Below, piece after piece: positions 1-9,332 of a DNA stretch of 64,000 nt (its first letter is position 1; each line of letters opens with the position of its first letter). The stretch is taken from NCBI GenBank assembly GCA_963755125.1, contig CAVWIP010000014.1, positions 128,001 to 192,000 of the forward strand, in the 5' to 3' direction. Made by a program: the position numbers and the translations under genes. Below the pieces are notes generated by a model, which made no database searches, was not told where the DNA came from, and was given only the letters and a program-made list of their open reading frames with translations. The stretch comes from an uncultured delta proteobacterium (GTDB taxonomy: Bacteria; Myxococcota_A; Polyangia; Fen-1088).

Positions 1-380
1 CGCCAACCTTGAACGAAGACGGGGATGGCCCGCTTGCCGGTGACCATGGCAGCGACCAGGAGGCGCAAGTCATGGTGCCATTCGGTCCAGTCCACAGCGA
101 GCAGGACATGCCGATCCGGGCGACGGGCGAGCAAATCCAGCGACCGCGTGGCGAATTCAAGATAGTCGACGTGCTCATTGCGCAGCAGCCGGTAGAAGCG
201 ATTGACCGCACTGTCCAGCCTGGTCCGCAGCCAGCCGGCCAGAGTCGTGGCGATGGCGAACGAGCGAGCCTGACCAGTGGCGGCGATGGCGGCGATGATC
301 AGACCCAGCGTTCTGCGGCGCGCCTTATGAAAAGGGTCGAGCAAGTCGCTGAGAAATGGGTAGGTTCGTTCTGGGCTCAC
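1..380 (-). CDS. IS4-family transposase, N-terminal part (partial; absent from the ORF track)
   Basis: Manual translation from GTG at 380, with GGAGG upstream: MSPERTYPFLSDLLDPFHKARRRTL...SAVNRFYRLLRN...VLLAVDWTEW...VTGKRAIPVFVQGW. LAVDWT (first catalytic Asp) and RAIP match IS10-like DDE transposases. Confidence 0.8.
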   Translation of the reverse strand, partial: MSPERTYPFLSDLLDPFHKARRRTLGLIIAAIAATGQARSFAIATTLAGWLRTRLDSAVNRFYRLLRNEHVDYLEFATRSLDLLARRPDRHVLLAVDWTEWHHDLRLLVAAMVTGKRAIPVFVQGW

Positions 381-486
381 GGGGAAACCTCCTGCGTTTA
401 GTTGGCAAAAACCAAACTTCGGAGGACCCGTGGGCCCTTTTCCACTTATTTTTCACGCTATTTCGTAAGTGATCGAAATGATCCAG
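1..486 (-). mobile_element. IS4-family (IS10-like) insertion sequence, 5' end; continues off the left edge of the window
   Basis: Transposase 5' end at 380, preceded by an AT-richer leader. The putative terminal IR CTGGATCATTTCGATCACTTACG reads inward from 486; a CTG terminus resembles IS10-group ends. The other end is not visible. Confidence 0.6.
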
Positions 487-564
487 CTTTTTCGGGCTCG
501 ATCTGATAGGCGGTCAGCGCGGCCCGGGGTTGACGAGGAGCGCTCAGCCTGGGAAATTCGCGCA

Positions 565-807
565 ATGGCTGATCGTCAGAGTCTTCGGGAGATGCTGAGT
601 CACCGGGTTACCTTCGCCTACGACACCGGAGCCCAGGTGGTGGGCACGGTTACGGCCTGCGCGCCCGCCACGGGGCCGGTCGAGTATGTGGTGCTGGCCA
701 AAGTGGAGGTGAAAGGCGGGGACGGCCAGGTGCGGGCGCGTTTCGTCGAGTTGCCGCTCGTGCCCAACAACCTGGTGGGCATCACCGTGACTGAAGGGCC
801 GCTCTGA
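565..807 (+). CDS. Small hypothetical protein (80 aa), possible Sm/LSm-like fold
   Basis: ATG at 565; coding-like GC3; stop lies 7 nt before acyP. N-terminal helix followed by a beta-strand pattern resembling Sm1/Sm2. Confidence 0.65.
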   Translation: MADRQSLREMLSHRVTFAYDTGAQVVGTVTACAPATGPVEYVVLAKVEVKGGDGQVRARFVELPLVPNNLVGITVTEGPL

Positions 808-814
808 TCTCCCG

Positions 815-1117
815 ATGAGCGACGGCACGCCAGCGAAGCCCCGCCGCTTACGCGCCGTGGTGCTCGGGTCGGTCCAGGGCGTCGGCTTTCGTGCTACGAC
901 GCTCGACCAAGCCCGGCGTCTGGGCCTCGCGGGCTGGGTGCGCAACCGCGCGGACGGCACCGTCGAGGTACTGGCCGAGGGCGCCGAGCCGAAGCTGAAC
1001 CTGTTTCTCGCCTACCTGCGCCGCGGACCGCTCGGGGCCCATGTGGCCGGCGTGGTCGAGGACTGGTCAGACGAGCAGGGCGCGCCGATCCCGTTCCAGG
1101 TCAAGCGCACGGAGTAG
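815..1117 (+). CDS. acyP: Acylphosphatase
   Basis: GSVQGVGFR and GWVRNRADGTVEVLAEG signatures. Confidence 0.92.
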   Translation: MSDGTPAKPRRLRAVVLGSVQGVGFRATTLDQARRLGLAGWVRNRADGTVEVLAEGAEPKLNLFLAYLRRGPLGAHVAGVVEDWSDEQGAPIPFQVKRTE

Positions 1118-1309
1118 CTACAGCCAGGCCACTTCGAGGGGTTTGCGCGGCGGAATGGCCACGTATTCGTGTTTCGCGTATCCCAGCATGGTGGCTGTAT
1201 CATTTCGTACGCCAGGGAAGACGGCACCTTCATCCACAGCCGGGGCAACGACGCAGGCTTTGCGCGCAAGCTTCCCGGATCGGGTCTGGACGGGAGCGAT
1301 CGGTCGTAG

Positions 1310-3397
1310 CTATTGCGGGGCAGTCTCGCTGGGCGCGACGCTGCGAACCATGGCCGTGGCCACCAGCTCTGACAGGTTCTTCACCTGCACGCGCTCGCCC
1401 GCGTCGCGGTCGTCCACTGCGTCCTTGATCATGATGGTGCAGTAGGGGCAGGCGGTGGCCACGGTGGTGGCGCCGGTGGACAGGATCTCGTCGGTGCGGT
1501 CGTGGTTGACCCGAATCCCCGTTTTCTCGTCCATCCACATGCGGCCGCCGCCGGCTCCGCAACAGAAGGCGTGCTCGCGGGTGCGCCCTAGCTCCAGGCG
1601 CTCGCCGCCCAACCGATCCAGAACCGCACGCGGCGCCTCGTACTCGCCATTCCAGCGCCCGAGGTAGCAAGGATCGTGGAAGGTGAGCTTGCCGTCCCCG
1701 TTCGCACTGCGCTCGATCGCAAGCTGGCCCTGCTCGATCAGCTCGGCAATCAGTTGCGAATGGTGGCGGACTTCATAGGTACCGCCCATCTGCGGGTACT
1801 CGTTCTTGAGCACGTGCAGACAGTGCGGGCACGCGGTGACGATCTTCTTCACCTGCTTGGCGTTCATCGTCTCCACATTTTGCTGTGCTTCCATCTGGTA
1901 CAGCATCTCGTTGCCCGCCCGGCGCGCGGAATCGCCGCAGCAGCCTTCTTCCATGCCCAGCACGGCGAAGCTGACGCCAGCCTGGCGCAGGATATCCACT
2001 AGGGCCAGGGTCTGCTTCTTCAGTCGGTCGTCGTAGGCGCCCGCGCAGCCAACCCAAAGCAGCCATTCGGCGTCCGGTTTGTCGTCGAGCGTGGGCACGT
2101 CGTGGCCTTCGGCCCAGTCCATGCGGCGGTCCGCGCCCAGGCCCCAGGGGTTGCTGTTCTGCTCCAGGTTCTTGAAGGTGCGCACCAGATCGCCGGGCAC
2201 CTTTTCTTGCAACAGCACCAGATTGCGCCGCATCTCCAGGATCTTGCCCGGGTGATCGATGAACACGGGGCACACCTCCTGGCAGGCGCCGCAGGTGGTG
2301 CACGACCACAGCACCTCCTCGCTGGTGCGGCCGCCGATGAGATCGCGCGGCTGACGCGCCTCCTCTGCGGCGGCCTTGCCGTGCTGGAAGCGTTCGATGA
2401 TGTCGTCGAGCGGCCCGCGATCCGGAAGGCGTGACTTCATGTCGTCACGCAGATCGTGCACCACCTGCATGGGCGAAAGCGGCTTGCCGGTGCGGTTGGC
2501 GGGACAGTAGTTCGAGCAGCGCGCGCACTCGGTGCAGGCAAATCCGTCGAGCAGTGACTTCCAGGTGAAGTCCTTCCATTCGGACACCACACCGGTTTGC
2601 GCCATGTCGTCGGCTTCCAGGTTGAGCTTGGACAGAACGCCACGCTGGCCGAGCTGGCGGAAGTAGATGTTGGGCAGGGCCGCGAGGATGTGGCTGTGTT
2701 TGGAGTAGGCGAGGTAGTTGAGGAACTTCAGCAACACCACCACGTGGATCCACCAGTTGACTTCCGAGAGCAGGCCCGCGGTATCCGGCGAGACATGGCC
2801 AAGCCAGGCACCAGCCAGCGCATCAGAAAGGAAGAAACCGGGCTCGGCCGCGCCGGCCGCAGCGCGAAAGCCGTGCATTCCGAAGTGGGTGACCATGAGG
2901 AGCGCAATGGCGGAGAGAATCGCGGCGGCGTCGCGGCTCATGGGGATGAGGCGGGGCTTGAGGAAGAGGCGGCGGAAGAACGCAAAACCGATGACCGCGA
3001 GTACAATCAGGTTCATGCTGTCCACAGCGGCGTCGAGCACTTCTGCAACGGTTTCGCCCAGCAGGAGCGACCAGGAGAACGAGGGCCACAGCCCCTGCGT
3101 AAAGGTTTCCAGTGTGCCCAGACAGATGACAAGGAAGCCCCAGAAAATGACGAAGTGGTGCCGGCTGCCCACCAGATTGGAAAAGCGCGGCCAGCGGCTG
3201 GCCGGGATGTCCACCGTCTCTATGACCTTGCGCTGGCCGAAGAAGAAGGAAAGCAATGAATCTACGCGCGCCTCGACGCGGTCGGTGCGCTTCTCGGGGC
3301 GGCCGGCCAGGAGCATCTTGATGAAGCGCCTGAGCGTCCAGGCGAACATCGCCAGGGACGCGGTCAGAAGGACTGCGAAAACGATCTGCTTCAGCAT
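1310..3397 (-). CDS. Membrane-bound Fe-S oxidoreductase, HdrD/FadF-like (TM domain, 2x[4Fe-4S], two CCG domains)
   Basis: N-terminal TM helices; CTECARCSNYCP and CTTCGACQEVCP; GCCG...TACPHC and FCCGAGGG...TACPYC CCG motifs. Confidence 0.88.
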   Translation of the reverse strand: MLKQIVFAVLLTASLAMFAWTLRRFIKMLLAGRPEKRTDRVEARVDSLLSFFFGQRKVIETVDIPASRWPRFSNLVGSRHHFVIFWGFLVICLGTLETFTQGLWPSFSWSLLLGETVAEVLDAAVDSMNLIVLAVIGFAFFRRLFLKPRLIPMSRDAAAILSAIALLMVTHFGMHGFRAAAGAAEPGFFLSDALAGAWLGHVSPDTAGLLSEVNWWIHVVVLLKFLNYLAYSKHSHILAALPNIYFRQLGQRGVLSKLNLEADDMAQTGVVSEWKDFTWKSLLDGFACTECARCSNYCPANRTGKPLSPMQVVHDLRDDMKSRLPDRGPLDDIIERFQHGKAAAEEARQPRDLIGGRTSEEVLWSCTTCGACQEVCPVFIDHPGKILEMRRNLVLLQEKVPGDLVRTFKNLEQNSNPWGLGADRRMDWAEGHDVPTLDDKPDAEWLLWVGCAGAYDDRLKKQTLALVDILRQAGVSFAVLGMEEGCCGDSARRAGNEMLYQMEAQQNVETMNAKQVKKIVTACPHCLHVLKNEYPQMGGTYEVRHHSQLIAELIEQGQLAIERSANGDGKLTFHDPCYLGRWNGEYEAPRAVLDRLGGERLELGRTREHAFCCGAGGGRMWMDEKTGIRVNHDRTDEILSTGATTVATACPYCTIMIKDAVDDRDAGERVQVKNLSELVATAMVRSVAPSETAPQ

Positions 3398-3462
3398 GGC
3401 TGGTTCCTATCATGGTCCGCGCCGGTTAGAAAACCAGGGCACGTCGTTGTATAAACCGGGCC

Positions 3463-3636
3463 ATGCCGATGAACCGCGAGCTGATCGACATCCTGGCCTG
3501 CCCCAAGTGCAAGGGGTCGCTGGAACTGCGCCCTGACGAAAGCGCCTTCGTGTGCCGCGCCTGCCACCTGGTCTACGCCGTGGTCAACGAGATCCCAAAT
3601 TTCATCGTCGAAGAAGCGCAGCCGCTCGAAGGGTAG
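3463..3636 (+). CDS. Trm112/YcaR-family protein (57 aa, below the ORF-track cutoff)
   Basis: Manual translation MPMNRELIDILACPKCKGSLEL...FVCRACHLVYAVVNEIPNFIVEEA; LACPxCK and IP motifs. Confidence 0.88.
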   Translation: MPMNRELIDILACPKCKGSLELRPDESAFVCRACHLVYAVVNEIPNFIVEEAQPLEG

Positions 3637-3639
3637 GGG

Positions 3640-4932
3640 ATGTTCCGCGATCCCGGCATCGAGACGCTGGGCCGCGCTGACCTGGAGCGGCTGCAGCTTG
3701 GCCGCCTGCAGGCGCTGGTGGCGCGGCTGCACGAAGGGGTGCCATTGTACCGGGAGCGCTTCGTCGGGGCCGGGATCGCGGCCGAGAGCATCAAGTCGCT
3801 GGCCGACGTGCGCCGGCTGCCTTTCACCACCAGTGGCGACCTGCGCGAAACTTATCCATCGGGGCTGCTGGCGATGCCGATGGACCAGACCCTGCGCCTG
3901 CACACGTCCAGCGGCACGACCGGCCGTCCCAAGGCCCTCTTCTTTTCGCCGCGGGATGTGGACAACGCGGCCGAGTTGTGCGCCCGCAGCTTTGTGGCGA
4001 CCGGCGTGACGGCGCGGGATGTGTTCCAGAACATGATGACCTACGGCCTTTTCACCGGGGCGCTGGTGGCTCACTACGGCGCCGAAAAGGTCGGCTGCCT
4101 GGTCATCCCGGCCGGGCCGGGCAATTCCGAGAAGCAGCTTGCCCTCATGCAGGACTTCGGCACCACGACCGTACACCTGACGCCCAGCTTCGCGCTGTAT
4201 TTCGCGGATTTTCTCGACGGGAAAGGCCCGGAGGCACGCCAGCCGCTCAAGTTGCGTCGGGCCTTCGTGGGCGCCGAGCCGTACAGCATCGAGACGCGCG
4301 ACAAGATCGAGCAGGCCCTGGGCGTCGAGGTCTTCAACTCGTATGGGCTGTCAGAGATGAACGGCCCGGGCGTGGCATTCGAGTGCGCCGAGCGGGCCGG
4401 AATGCACCTGTGGGAAGACCACTTCATCCTCGAGATCATCGACCCCAAGACCGAGGAGCCGACGCCCGACGGCGAGCCGGGCGAGCTGGTGCTGACCACC
4501 CTGTGCCGCGAGGCCATGCCACTTCTGCGCTATCGAACGCGCGACATCACGTCGATCGTTCCCGGTCCTTGCGCATGTGGCCGCACTCACCGCCGATTGG
4601 CTCGAATCACCGGCCGAGCCGACGACATGCTGATCGTACGCGGGGTCAACGTGTACCCGCAGCAGATCGAGCATGTGCTCATGGCCATCCCGCAGGTCGG
4701 ACGCAATTACCTCATCGTGCTCGAGGGCCGCGACGACATGACGGTGCAGGCCGAACTGGCTCACACTGAATCGGAAATGAATGAGGAGCAGCGGGTCGCG
4801 CTGGAAGGTGAGATCGCGGCGCGCCTCCGTTCCGAGATTCTGACCAAGCCCAAGGTCAAGCTGCTGCCGCCAGCCAGCCTGCCGGTCAGCGAAGGCAAAG
4901 CCACGCGCGTGATCGACAGGCGGATACTTTGA
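3640..4932 (+). CDS. paaK: Phenylacetate-CoA ligase family protein
   Basis: HTSSGTTGRP, YGLSEMNGPGV, PLLRYRTRD, GRADDMLIVRGVNVYP. Substrate not certain. Confidence 0.85.
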   Translation: MFRDPGIETLGRADLERLQLGRLQALVARLHEGVPLYRERFVGAGIAAESIKSLADVRRLPFTTSGDLRETYPSGLLAMPMDQTLRLHTSSGTTGRPKALFFSPRDVDNAAELCARSFVATGVTARDVFQNMMTYGLFTGALVAHYGAEKVGCLVIPAGPGNSEKQLALMQDFGTTTVHLTPSFALYFADFLDGKGPEARQPLKLRRAFVGAEPYSIETRDKIEQALGVEVFNSYGLSEMNGPGVAFECAERAGMHLWEDHFILEIIDPKTEEPTPDGEPGELVLTTLCREAMPLLRYRTRDITSIVPGPCACGRTHRRLARITGRADDMLIVRGVNVYPQQIEHVLMAIPQVGRNYLIVLEGRDDMTVQAELAHTESEMNEEQRVALEGEIAARLRSEILTKPKVKLLPPASLPVSEGKATRVIDRRIL

Positions 4933-4944
4933 GATGGGAACCCT

Positions 4945-5024
4945 GGGAGGGTTCGCTCCGCCCTTCGGCCCCCCCACGTCCACCCCCACCCCGCTCGCTG
5001 CGCTCGGCCTCGCCAAACCCTCCC
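4945..5024. repeat. Intergenic imperfect inverted repeat (REP-like or terminator-like) between convergent genes
   Basis: GGGAGGGTT (4945-4953) pairs with AACCCTCCC (5016-5024) around a C-rich core. Confidence 0.35.
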
Positions 5025-5158
5025 GCGCTCTGGCTCCAGGACTGGCATCTGCGGCAGCAGCCGCCAGTCCGTGGGCAAAGCCCGCCTTCGCCAACGCGGT
5101 CATGATTGTGTCGCCTACCGTCTCAGGCACGGAGCTAGTCGCTGGTGCTCTCTGGCGC

Positions 5159-6274
5159 CTAGTGAGTCAGGGGCTTGCCGTCGGCGGTACAGTTGGTGCA
5201 GGCGATAGTCGGTGACCCGTCGTTCATGTAGATCGGGACCGCGCCCTCCGCCGTGTCATTGTTGTCGATGGCCACGTGATCCAGAGTCAACGTACCTGCC
5301 GGCAAGGCCTTGTCGACGACGATGGCTCCGTCGTAGTTGCCCCCTGCGTAGTCTATCGTGGTGTAGGTCACTTGCGATCCACTCGCCGTACCTGAGTAGA
5401 ACACCAAGCCATACCAACCTCCAGGCAAGTGTAGGCTGGGTTGAGTGGTCAGCGTAACCGGGTTCTGCGCCGTGCCGTTTATCAGGACTTTGCCCGTGCC
5501 GGACTGACCGACAGATATCGTCGTGTTGTCACTGAATTCCAGCGTGGCGCCCGCCTCGATGGTGAGCACGCCGCCGTCGTGGACGTCAATCTCGTCGACC
5601 ATGTAAGGGCTGCAGGCCTTGGTCAGGGTGAGGCCGCTAGGATAGTTGGCGGCTGTGACATCGATGGTGTCGAGGGTGCAACTCGCGGTCCCGCCGTCTG
5701 TGGCCGAGCCGCCGCTGCTTGTGGTGGTTCCGCCTTTGCCACCAGAGCCGCCGTTGCTGGTCGTTCCGCCTTTGCCACCCGAACCGCCACCGCTGGTCGC
5801 ACCGCCTCTGCTGCTTGAACCGCTGCTGGCTGTTGCTCCACCGAAGCTGCTTGAACCGCCGCTGGGGTTGGTTCCGCCGCTGGCGGTGGTTCCGCCATTG
5901 CTAGATGAGCTGCTGCTGGCGGTGGTTCCGCCATTGCTGGATGAGCTGCTGTTGGCGGTGGTTCCGCCATTGCTGGATGAACTGCTGCTGGCGGTGGTTC
6001 CGCCATTGCTGGATGAACTGCTGCTGGCGGTGGTTCCGCCATTGCTGGATGAACTGCTGCTGGCGGCGGTGGTTCCGCCATTGCTGGATGAACTGCTGTT
6101 GGCGGTGGTTCCACCGATGCTGCTCGAGCCGCCGCTAGGGTTCGCTCCGCCGCTGGTGGTCGTGGCGCCATTGCTGGTGGTGCCACCTGCAGTACCGGTG
6201 TTCGGGCTGCTGTTGCTGCTACAGCCCAGGAGAAGTAGTGGTGCTGCCACCAAAGCCAGAATCAAGAATCGCAT
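5159..6274 (-). CDS. Lipoprotein with a Ser/Gly/Thr-rich linker and a C-terminal beta-helix-like domain
   Basis: MRFLILALVAAPLLLLGC lipobox; low-complexity linker; LTIEAGATLEF...INGTAQNPVTLT...GGWYGLVF pattern. Confidence 0.75.
   Translation of the reverse strand: MRFLILALVAAPLLLLGCSSNSSPNTGTAGGTTSNGATTTSGGANPSGGSSSIGGTTANSSSSSNGGTTAASSSSSSNGGTTASSSSSSNGGTTASSSSSSNGGTTANSSSSSNGGTTASSSSSSNGGTTASGGTNPSGGSSSFGGATASSGSSSRGGATSGGGSGGKGGTTSNGGSGGKGGTTTSSGGSATDGGTASCTLDTIDVTAANYPSGLTLTKACSPYMVDEIDVHDGGVLTIEAGATLEFSDNTTISVGQSGTGKVLINGTAQNPVTLTTQPSLHLPGGWYGLVFYSGTASGSQVTYTTIDYAGGNYDGAIVVDKALPAGTLTLDHVAIDNNDTAEGAVPIYMNDGSPTIACTNCTADGKPLTH
5882..6112. repeat. In-frame 36-bp tandem repeat (about 6 units, one of 39 bp) encoding NGGTTASSSSSS
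   Basis: GGCGGTGGTTCC recurs at 5882, 5918, 5954, 5990, 6026, 6065 and 6101. Confidence 0.92.
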
Positions 6275-6472
6275 AGTGCAGGTAATCATCAAAAAGTGCC
6301 CTTTCTGTCGACACGACATGCCGCGCGCTTGCCAAGAAAATCGCATTCTACACGGTTGAGAGTCGCTAGCCCAACTCCCACCTTGCGGTTCCCGACGGAG
6401 ATACGCACCCGGCGCAACCGCGCACGTCAAACGAATGTCTCCGCACGCAACTGCGTCCGGAGCAGCAGCGAA

Positions 6473-8194
6473 TCACTGCCTCAAGTACGGGGCCAGTCCA
6501 ATATTCTGAGTCTTTATGGCGTTGGCGACGAGACCAGCCAACTTCGCTGCGCCCGCGAGGTTGGTGTGTGTCGCGTCGGTTCCATTCGCGTGGTATGCCT
6601 GCAGCGCTTGGGTCTGGGTCATGCCAAGACCGTCGTACCAGGCAGTAGAGAGGGCGGTCAGATCGATGAAGGGTACGTTGTTGGCCGTTGCGACCGCCTG
6701 GGCCGCGGCAGCATGAAGGCTGGACTGATCGGGTATTGGAATACCCTGCAGGCGAGCGGGCGGAGAAACCATAATCGGGTGGACGCCTGCGGCCAGTGCG
6801 GCGGTCACATGCGGTGTGAGGTTCGCCTCGACAGTTGCGTCCGTATCTGTCTTGTCGTTGTGTCCAAATTGAATCATGATCCAGTCGCCCGCGACCCAGC
6901 GCGACGAGATGTCGCCCCAGAAGCCGAAATCGCCGGAGGCTGCGCCGCTATTGGCATAGTTGGCAATCCCGACCGGAGGAGCGAAATACTCGGGCAGCAT
7001 TTGCCCCCAACCCCCGAAGGCGCCGCCGGTCTGGTCGCAGGCCGTGGAGTCGCTGGCGATGTAGACCATGATTGGCTTCGTCGTTGCGTCGGCTAGGGCG
7101 TATCCGATGGCAGAAACCTGCGGATTCGCGCCGGAGAAGAATAAATCCAGGCCCGGATATCCCCCCGGCCCGCCGGCATGCTGTGGCTGCCCTTCCATCG
7201 CTCGCACATTGACCACGAACGCGTACTCCAGCGACTGGCCTGGGGTGGTGGTCACGGACGCCAAGAGGCCTCGGCTCGATTCCGCACTGACATACGTGTC
7301 ACCAGCTGCGGCCCCGCCGAGCGTCACGGTCACGACGTAGTTCCCCGCCTCGCTCGTGGCGGTTGCCGTAGGAGTGGTTTCAGATGTGTTGTAATCGGTA
7401 CCGCCGAAGAGGCATTCGATGCAGACATTCCCCGCTGGCTGGCCAGCGCAAGCATTATTGGTGCCTATCGCTACCGTCTGGCACTGGGCGTAGTTAGCCG
7501 CCGTGGGCGCCGGATAGCCAGTCGGGATTCCGGTCGTTGGGGGAGGAGCCCCTCCGGCACTGCCTCCGGCCGCACCCCCGGTGCTTCCACCCGGCGCGCT
7601 TCCGCCCGTCGCTCCGCTCCCTCCGGCCCCGCCTCTGCCTCCTGCCGAGCCAGATGCGCCACCTCTCCCGCCCGCGGCGCCTCCGGACGAGGTGCTCCCA
7701 CCGATTGCGGACGCGCCGCCCGCGACAGTCGATCCACCCGAGGCTGTTGCGCCGCCGCCCCTGGATGCCCCACCCGAGGCTGTTGCGCCGCCGGGTTGAG
7801 AAGCGCCGCCCGAAGCGGTCGATCCGCCCGAGGCCGTTGCGCCGCCGGGTTGAGAAGCGCCGCCCGAAGCGGTCGATCCGCCCGAGGCTGTTGCGCCGCC
7901 AGGTTGAGAAGCGCCGCCCGTGACTGTCGTCCCTCCGGGTGATGAGACACCACCAGTGGCCGTTTCGCCTCCCGGTGTCGAAACGCCACCACCCGCCGGC
8001 GCGCTGCTCGCAGTTGTCGACCCTCCGACAGCGGTGGTGCTGCCCGCACTCGTCGACCCTCCGGTACTCGCTGCCGACCCTCCGGAACCGCCCTGCTTGA
8101 CTCCGGAGTCGCCGGCGGAGTTACCTCCTGAACAGGCCATCAGACCGGCAAGCATGAACAATGGGAGCAGTGAACGAGGTCGCGTGGTGGTCAT
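6473..8194 (-). CDS. Lipoprotein with a Gly-rich linker and an SGNH/GDSL rhamnogalacturonan acetylesterase-like (CE12-like) domain
   Basis: LAGLMAC lipobox; ASDST, GWGQ, NYANSG, QFGHND and DATHTN blocks; GAGG upstream of ATG 8194. Confidence 0.8.
   Translation of the reverse strand: MTTTRPRSLLPLFMLAGLMACSGGNSAGDSGVKQGGSGGSAASTGGSTSAGSTTAVGGSTTASSAPAGGGVSTPGGETATGGVSSPGGTTVTGGASQPGGATASGGSTASGGASQPGGATASGGSTASGGASQPGGATASGGASRGGGATASGGSTVAGGASAIGGSTSSGGAAGGRGGASGSAGGRGGAGGSGATGGSAPGGSTGGAAGGSAGGAPPPTTGIPTGYPAPTAANYAQCQTVAIGTNNACAGQPAGNVCIECLFGGTDYNTSETTPTATATSEAGNYVVTVTLGGAAAGDTYVSAESSRGLLASVTTTPGQSLEYAFVVNVRAMEGQPQHAGGPGGYPGLDLFFSGANPQVSAIGYALADATTKPIMVYIASDSTACDQTGGAFGGWGQMLPEYFAPPVGIANYANSGAASGDFGFWGDISSRWVAGDWIMIQFGHNDKTDTDATVEANLTPHVTAALAAGVHPIMVSPPARLQGIPIPDQSSLHAAAAQAVATANNVPFIDLTALSTAWYDGLGMTQTQALQAYHANGTDATHTNLAGAAKLAGLVANAIKTQNIGLAPYLRQ
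7740..7920. repeat. In-frame 54-bp tandem repeat (about 3 units) encoding GGASQPGGATASGGSTAS
   Basis: GTTGAGAAGCGCCGCCCG at 7795, 7849 and 7903. Confidence 0.88.
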
Positions 8195-8608
8195 GATTAT
8201 CCTCAAGCTGTTGCAGACTGCAGTGGGATTTCCCCATACCTGGGGTCAAGGAATCTTGTCTTCAGACGGGAAGTGGCGGTTTCCACATTCCACGGCTCAG
8301 CGTATTTCCCTTTTCCAGGTCATAGTTGTCTTCGAGCCTGCGAGGGAAGGGGGCTAGGAGTCCGCCTTGCGGGTTTAAGTTTCTCTCCTCCGACGCGTGG
8401 AGTTTGTGGCGTTGTGATCGATTGCCGCAAATCGTCGGTTGTCCAGCACGGGCCATAGGCGTTTCCGAGACATGGGCTTGCGTCCAAGCCCAACCAGCGT
8501 GCAGTCGTGTCCGCGAGACGGATGTGAATGTATGCCAAATCACAGATAGAACTTCTGGAGATTAGGCTTGACTTCATGGGCCTTCGCGACCATATGATTG
8601 ATACGGAG

Positions 8609-8643
8609 CTGTGAAACACATAACAGCGTTTGGTAATTCACAA
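8609..8643 (+). promoter_or_regulatory. Tandem Rex-like operators immediately upstream of rex
   Basis: CTGTGAA-ACAC-ATAACAG (8609-8626) and GCGTTTG-GTAA-TTCACAA (8626-8643), compared with the Rex consensus TTGTGAA-N4-TTCACAA. TTGACT (8568) and TATGAT (8593) lie upstream with a long 19-nt spacer. Confidence 0.7.
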
Positions 8644-8645
8644 CT

Positions 8646-9332
8646 ATGGCCATCAAAGGGACACATGCGCGACGGAAGCTCGGCAAGAAGACGGTTTCCG
8701 AGCTGGTCGTTGTTAGGCTGATTCTTTACCGGCGCATCCTGCGCGACTTGGCCTTCTCAGGCACCCGTTACGTGTTCTCGCACCAGCTTGCGGCTTTGGC
8801 CGACGTGACGCCCGAACAACTGCGGCGGGATCTCATGAACGTGCGCTACGAAGGCAGCCCGACCCGCGGGTACGAGGTCGTGGTTCTGGAAGAACGCGTT
8901 GGCGCGTTTCTGGACCCGCCGACCACGCAGGCGGTAGCGCTGGTGGGTGTGGGCAACCTCGGCCGCGCCCTCTTCGCGTATTTCCTGGGACGCCGGCCCT
9001 TGCTCCAGATCGTCGCCGCCTTCGACATCGATCCGGCCAAGGTCGATCGCATGATCAACGGTTGCCCGTCGTATCACATCAGCGAGGCCGGGACCATCAT
9101 GCGCGAGAAGGGAATCAACGTCGCCATGATCGCCGTGCCGGCTGCGGCCGCGCAGAGCGTGGCCGATACCCTGGTCGAGGCAGGGGTGCGCAGTTTGCTC
9201 AATTTCGCTGACGTCCGCCTGCGCCTGCCGCCGGACGTTTACGTCGAGCACATCGACATCGGCGTCACGCTGGAAAAGGTGGCGTTCTTCGCGCGGCGGC
9301 CGGCCGCAGCCAAGGCCGCGGGGTCTCCATGA
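8646..9332 (+). CDS. rex: Redox-sensing transcriptional repressor Rex
   Basis: RLILYRRIL, SHQLA...QLRRDL...GY winged helix; VGVGNLGRAL NADH fold; LLNFA. Confidence 0.93.
   Translation: MAIKGTHARRKLGKKTVSELVVVRLILYRRILRDLAFSGTRYVFSHQLAALADVTPEQLRRDLMNVRYEGSPTRGYEVVVLEERVGAFLDPPTTQAVALVGVGNLGRALFAYFLGRRPLLQIVAAFDIDPAKVDRMINGCPSYHISEAGTIMREKGINVAMIAVPAAAAQSVADTLVEAGVRSLLNFADVRLRLPPDVYVEHIDIGVTLEKVAFFARRPAAAKAAGSP

Noticed and set aside
9..401. 130-aa plus-strand ORF
   Set aside because: Antisense shadow of the IS4 transposase, which has an RBS and recognisable motifs.
5050..5135. Minus-strand peptide VPETVGDTIMTALAK resembling a Ser/Thr kinase tail
   Set aside because: Too short to support as a pseudogene.
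5882..6112. 36-bp repeats as a CRISPR array
   Set aside because: The units are head-to-tail with no unique spacers, lie in frame inside a lipoprotein gene, and no cas genes are present.
8195..8560. Riboswitch or ncRNA in the long leader of the esterase gene
   Set aside because: Some hairpin potential, but no match to an aptamer consensus I can support; an Rfam search is needed.
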